Source: Candidatus Aenigmatarchaeota archaeon
GTDB taxonomy: Archaea > Aenigmatarchaeota > Aenigmatarchaeia > CG10238-14 > SCSR01
Assembly (NCBI GenBank): GCA_016177025.1
Contig: JACOWB010000007.1
Span: 7,751 to 71,750, forward strand
DNA length: 64,000 nucleotides
Reading direction: 5' to 3'
Shown: piece by piece, positions 62,509 to 64,000 of the stretch
How the letters are laid out: every line of letters starts with the position of its first letter
Numbering within the stretch: the first letter of the stretch is position 1
Position numbers and translations under genes: made by a program
The notes under the pieces: generated by a model
The model's database searches: none
Seen by the model: only the letters and a program-made list of their open reading frames with translations
What the model was told of the DNA's origin: nothing

Positions 62509-63675
62509 ATGAAAATACTTATTTTGTCGGATTTGGCGCCACCGTACATAGGCGGTGGGGAAACATACGTGACTAAACTCAGCACTGGATTGGTTAATGA
62601 AGGCCATGAAGTGCACTGGTTAACATCTAGAATTCCAGACACGTCAGCAGATGAAATTTTGGATGGTGTGATAATACATAGAGCGCCTATCTTGTTCCAG
62701 TCGAAATATTTATTTCCAGGAAGACACAGTTTTGGTCTTACGTCATTGATAAAAGGTATTAAATTAGCGAGACAGTGCGATGTAGTGCAAATCAATACAC
62801 TAGTCCCCGGTTTGTCGGGATGGATGATTGCAAAGTATGCAAATAGACCATCTTTGCTTTTTTGCCACGAGTTCTTCAACACAATGTGGCATAAGATAGG
62901 TCAAAATTTTTTCGAAAAATATTTGTACCCGATCACAGAGAACTTGACATGCAAAGCACCTTATGACTGGTTTGCATGCCCCTCTGAATATTCAAAAAAA
63001 ACCATTACTAACTACGGCGTTCCGGAAAATAAGGTAACTGTGATACCACATGGAATAGATACAGACTTCTTCGACACAGCAAACAGGAACTTAAAATCAT
63101 TCGGCTTGGAAGATGCTCCTACATTTGGCTACTTCGGAAGGTTGATGGTGAAAACAGCAGCGCATTCTAAGAATTTAATTACACTTTTGAAAGCAGCCAA
63201 GCTGGTTGTAGAATCCATACCTAATGCGAGGCTACTGCTAGCCGGCATTGGATATAATGAGCTCGAACCTTATGTCAAAGAAATGGAGTTGGAAAAAAAC
63301 GTTGTTTATGCAGGGAAACTACCCACCGAAGACACGCCAAGCTTCCTAAAGGCATGTGACGTGGTAGTCTGTCCTGCTATAAGCGATGGCTTTTGTTTTT
63401 TACTAGGCGAAGCTGGAGCAAGTGGCGTTGCGACAGTAGCCACAAATATGGGTGCGCATACTGAAAGAATAGCACACAATAAAACAGGCATTTTAACTTC
63501 AGCTGAACCAAAAAACTTTGCGGAAAATATAGTCAAACTTCTTAACGATAAATCTTTAAGAGAAGAATATGGAAGAAATGCTAGAGATTTCATGACGAAA
63601 TTTACATGGAAAAAATCAATTGATAAGCACGTGGAGCTTTATAATAATCTCATAGAACAAAAACAACATAAATAA
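62509..63675 (+). CDS. GT-B glycosyltransferase (family 4 type)
   Basis: GGGETYV N-terminus and DGFCFLLGEAGASGVATVAT. I prefer the ATG at 62509 over the TTG at 62500. Confidence 0.85.
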   Translation: MKILILSDLAPPYIGGGETYVTKLSTGLVNEGHEVHWLTSRIPDTSADEILDGVIIHRAPILFQSKYLFPGRHSFGLTSLIKGIKLARQCDVVQINTLVPGLSGWMIAKYANRPSLLFCHEFFNTMWHKIGQNFFEKYLYPITENLTCKAPYDWFACPSEYSKKTITNYGVPENKVTVIPHGIDTDFFDTANRNLKSFGLEDAPTFGYFGRLMVKTAAHSKNLITLLKAAKLVVESIPNARLLLAGIGYNELEPYVKEMELEKNVVYAGKLPTEDTPSFLKACDVVVCPAISDGFCFLLGEAGASGVATVATNMGAHTERIAHNKTGILTSAEPKNFAENIVKLLNDKSLREEYGRNARDFMTKFTWKKSIDKHVELYNNLIEQKQHK

Positions 63676-63696
63676 ATGAAAAAATAATTGATGTAA

Positions 63697-64000
63697 ATGC
63701 CCAACCCGTCAAAACTCATACCAGTGCTATTAACTATTTTTTCTCTAGGTGCCATCATTTATCTCGCTGTTTTCATTCGATCAGGAACATTATCAGCACC
63801 AACAGTTTTAGACTATGACCCTTGGTGGCAATACAGACATGCAAAAGAAATCTATGACAATGGCTTTAGTATACCGGACTGGGACATTTTAAGTTATTAC
63901 CCTCCAGGCAGACCTTATGCAATATCTCAAGGCTGGCCATTTACTATAGCATTTTTCTATGAAGTGCTGAAAAATTTTATTAATATAGACTTTATGCAGG
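63697..64000 (+). CDS. aglB: oligosaccharyltransferase AglB (STT3 family), N-terminal fragment that runs off the window
   Basis: Hand-translated as MPNPSKLIPVLLTIFSLGAIIYLAVFIRSG...LDYDPWWQYRHAKEIYDNGFSIPDWDILSYYPPGRPY. TM1 is followed by the DP-W/Y-x-x-R and D.(L)S.YP.G first-loop motifs of STT3/AglB. Confidence 0.8.
   Translation, partial: MPNPSKLIPVLLTIFSLGAIIYLAVFIRSGTLSAPTVLDYDPWWQYRHAKEIYDNGFSIPDWDILSYYPPGRPYAISQGWPFTIAFFYEVLKNFINIDFMQ

Noticed and set aside
1-64000. Search for CRISPR arrays, rRNA genes, integrases, transposases, inteins and toxin-antitoxin pairs
   Set aside because: I saw no regularly spaced repeats, no rRNA-like conserved stretches and no recombinase or transposase motifs. 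PolB and Hel308 are uninterrupted. The only RHH protein (54514) has no adjacent toxin-like ORF.

Overview
This is an AT-rich archaeal chromosomal segment, probably from a small-genome, DPANN-like lineage (an inference from the gene content, the intron-bearing tRNAs and the trimmed ribosomal proteins). Positions 1-12,100 and 17,600-35,000 hold core information-processing genes. These include ribosomal proteins L7Ae, S28e, L24e, L11, S11, S4, S13, L1, P0 and P1. They also include Spt5, SecE, FtsZ, RpoD, fibrillarin, Nop5, Hel308, Kae1, Hjc, PolB and three intron-containing tRNAs. Positions 35,040-64,000 form one large N-glycosylation and surface-glycan cluster, running from Alg13/Alg14 through a diacetamido/acetamidino-uronic-acid sugar pathway, glycosyltransferases, methyltransferases and a flippase to AglH and AglB. 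The best candidate for an undescribed system is a tight minus-strand operon at 12,709-17,019. It encodes a winged helix-turn-helix (wHTH) regulator, three Lys-poor proteins with no motif I recognise, and a nucleoside 2-deoxyribosyltransferase (NDT)-like enzyme. A second NDT-like paralog, an HD hydrolase and a DHH phosphoesterase lie next to it. The second most interesting locus is a eukaryote-like pairing at 31,280-35,026: an inactivated DP1-type polymerase B-subunit directly upstream of a family-B polymerase with an extra C-terminal zinc ribbon. Other oddities are an L11 that lacks its N-terminal domain, a short P0, a tRNA-Ala with an intron at position 33/34, duplicated zinc-ribbon gene pairs around an Lrp regulator, and a three-gene unit inside the glycan cluster (ribbon-helix-helix (RHH) protein, alkaline-phosphatase-like protein, PAPS-reductase-like protein). 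I saw no CRISPR array, rRNA, integrase or transposase. All functional calls rest on motifs read by eye; no database search was run.
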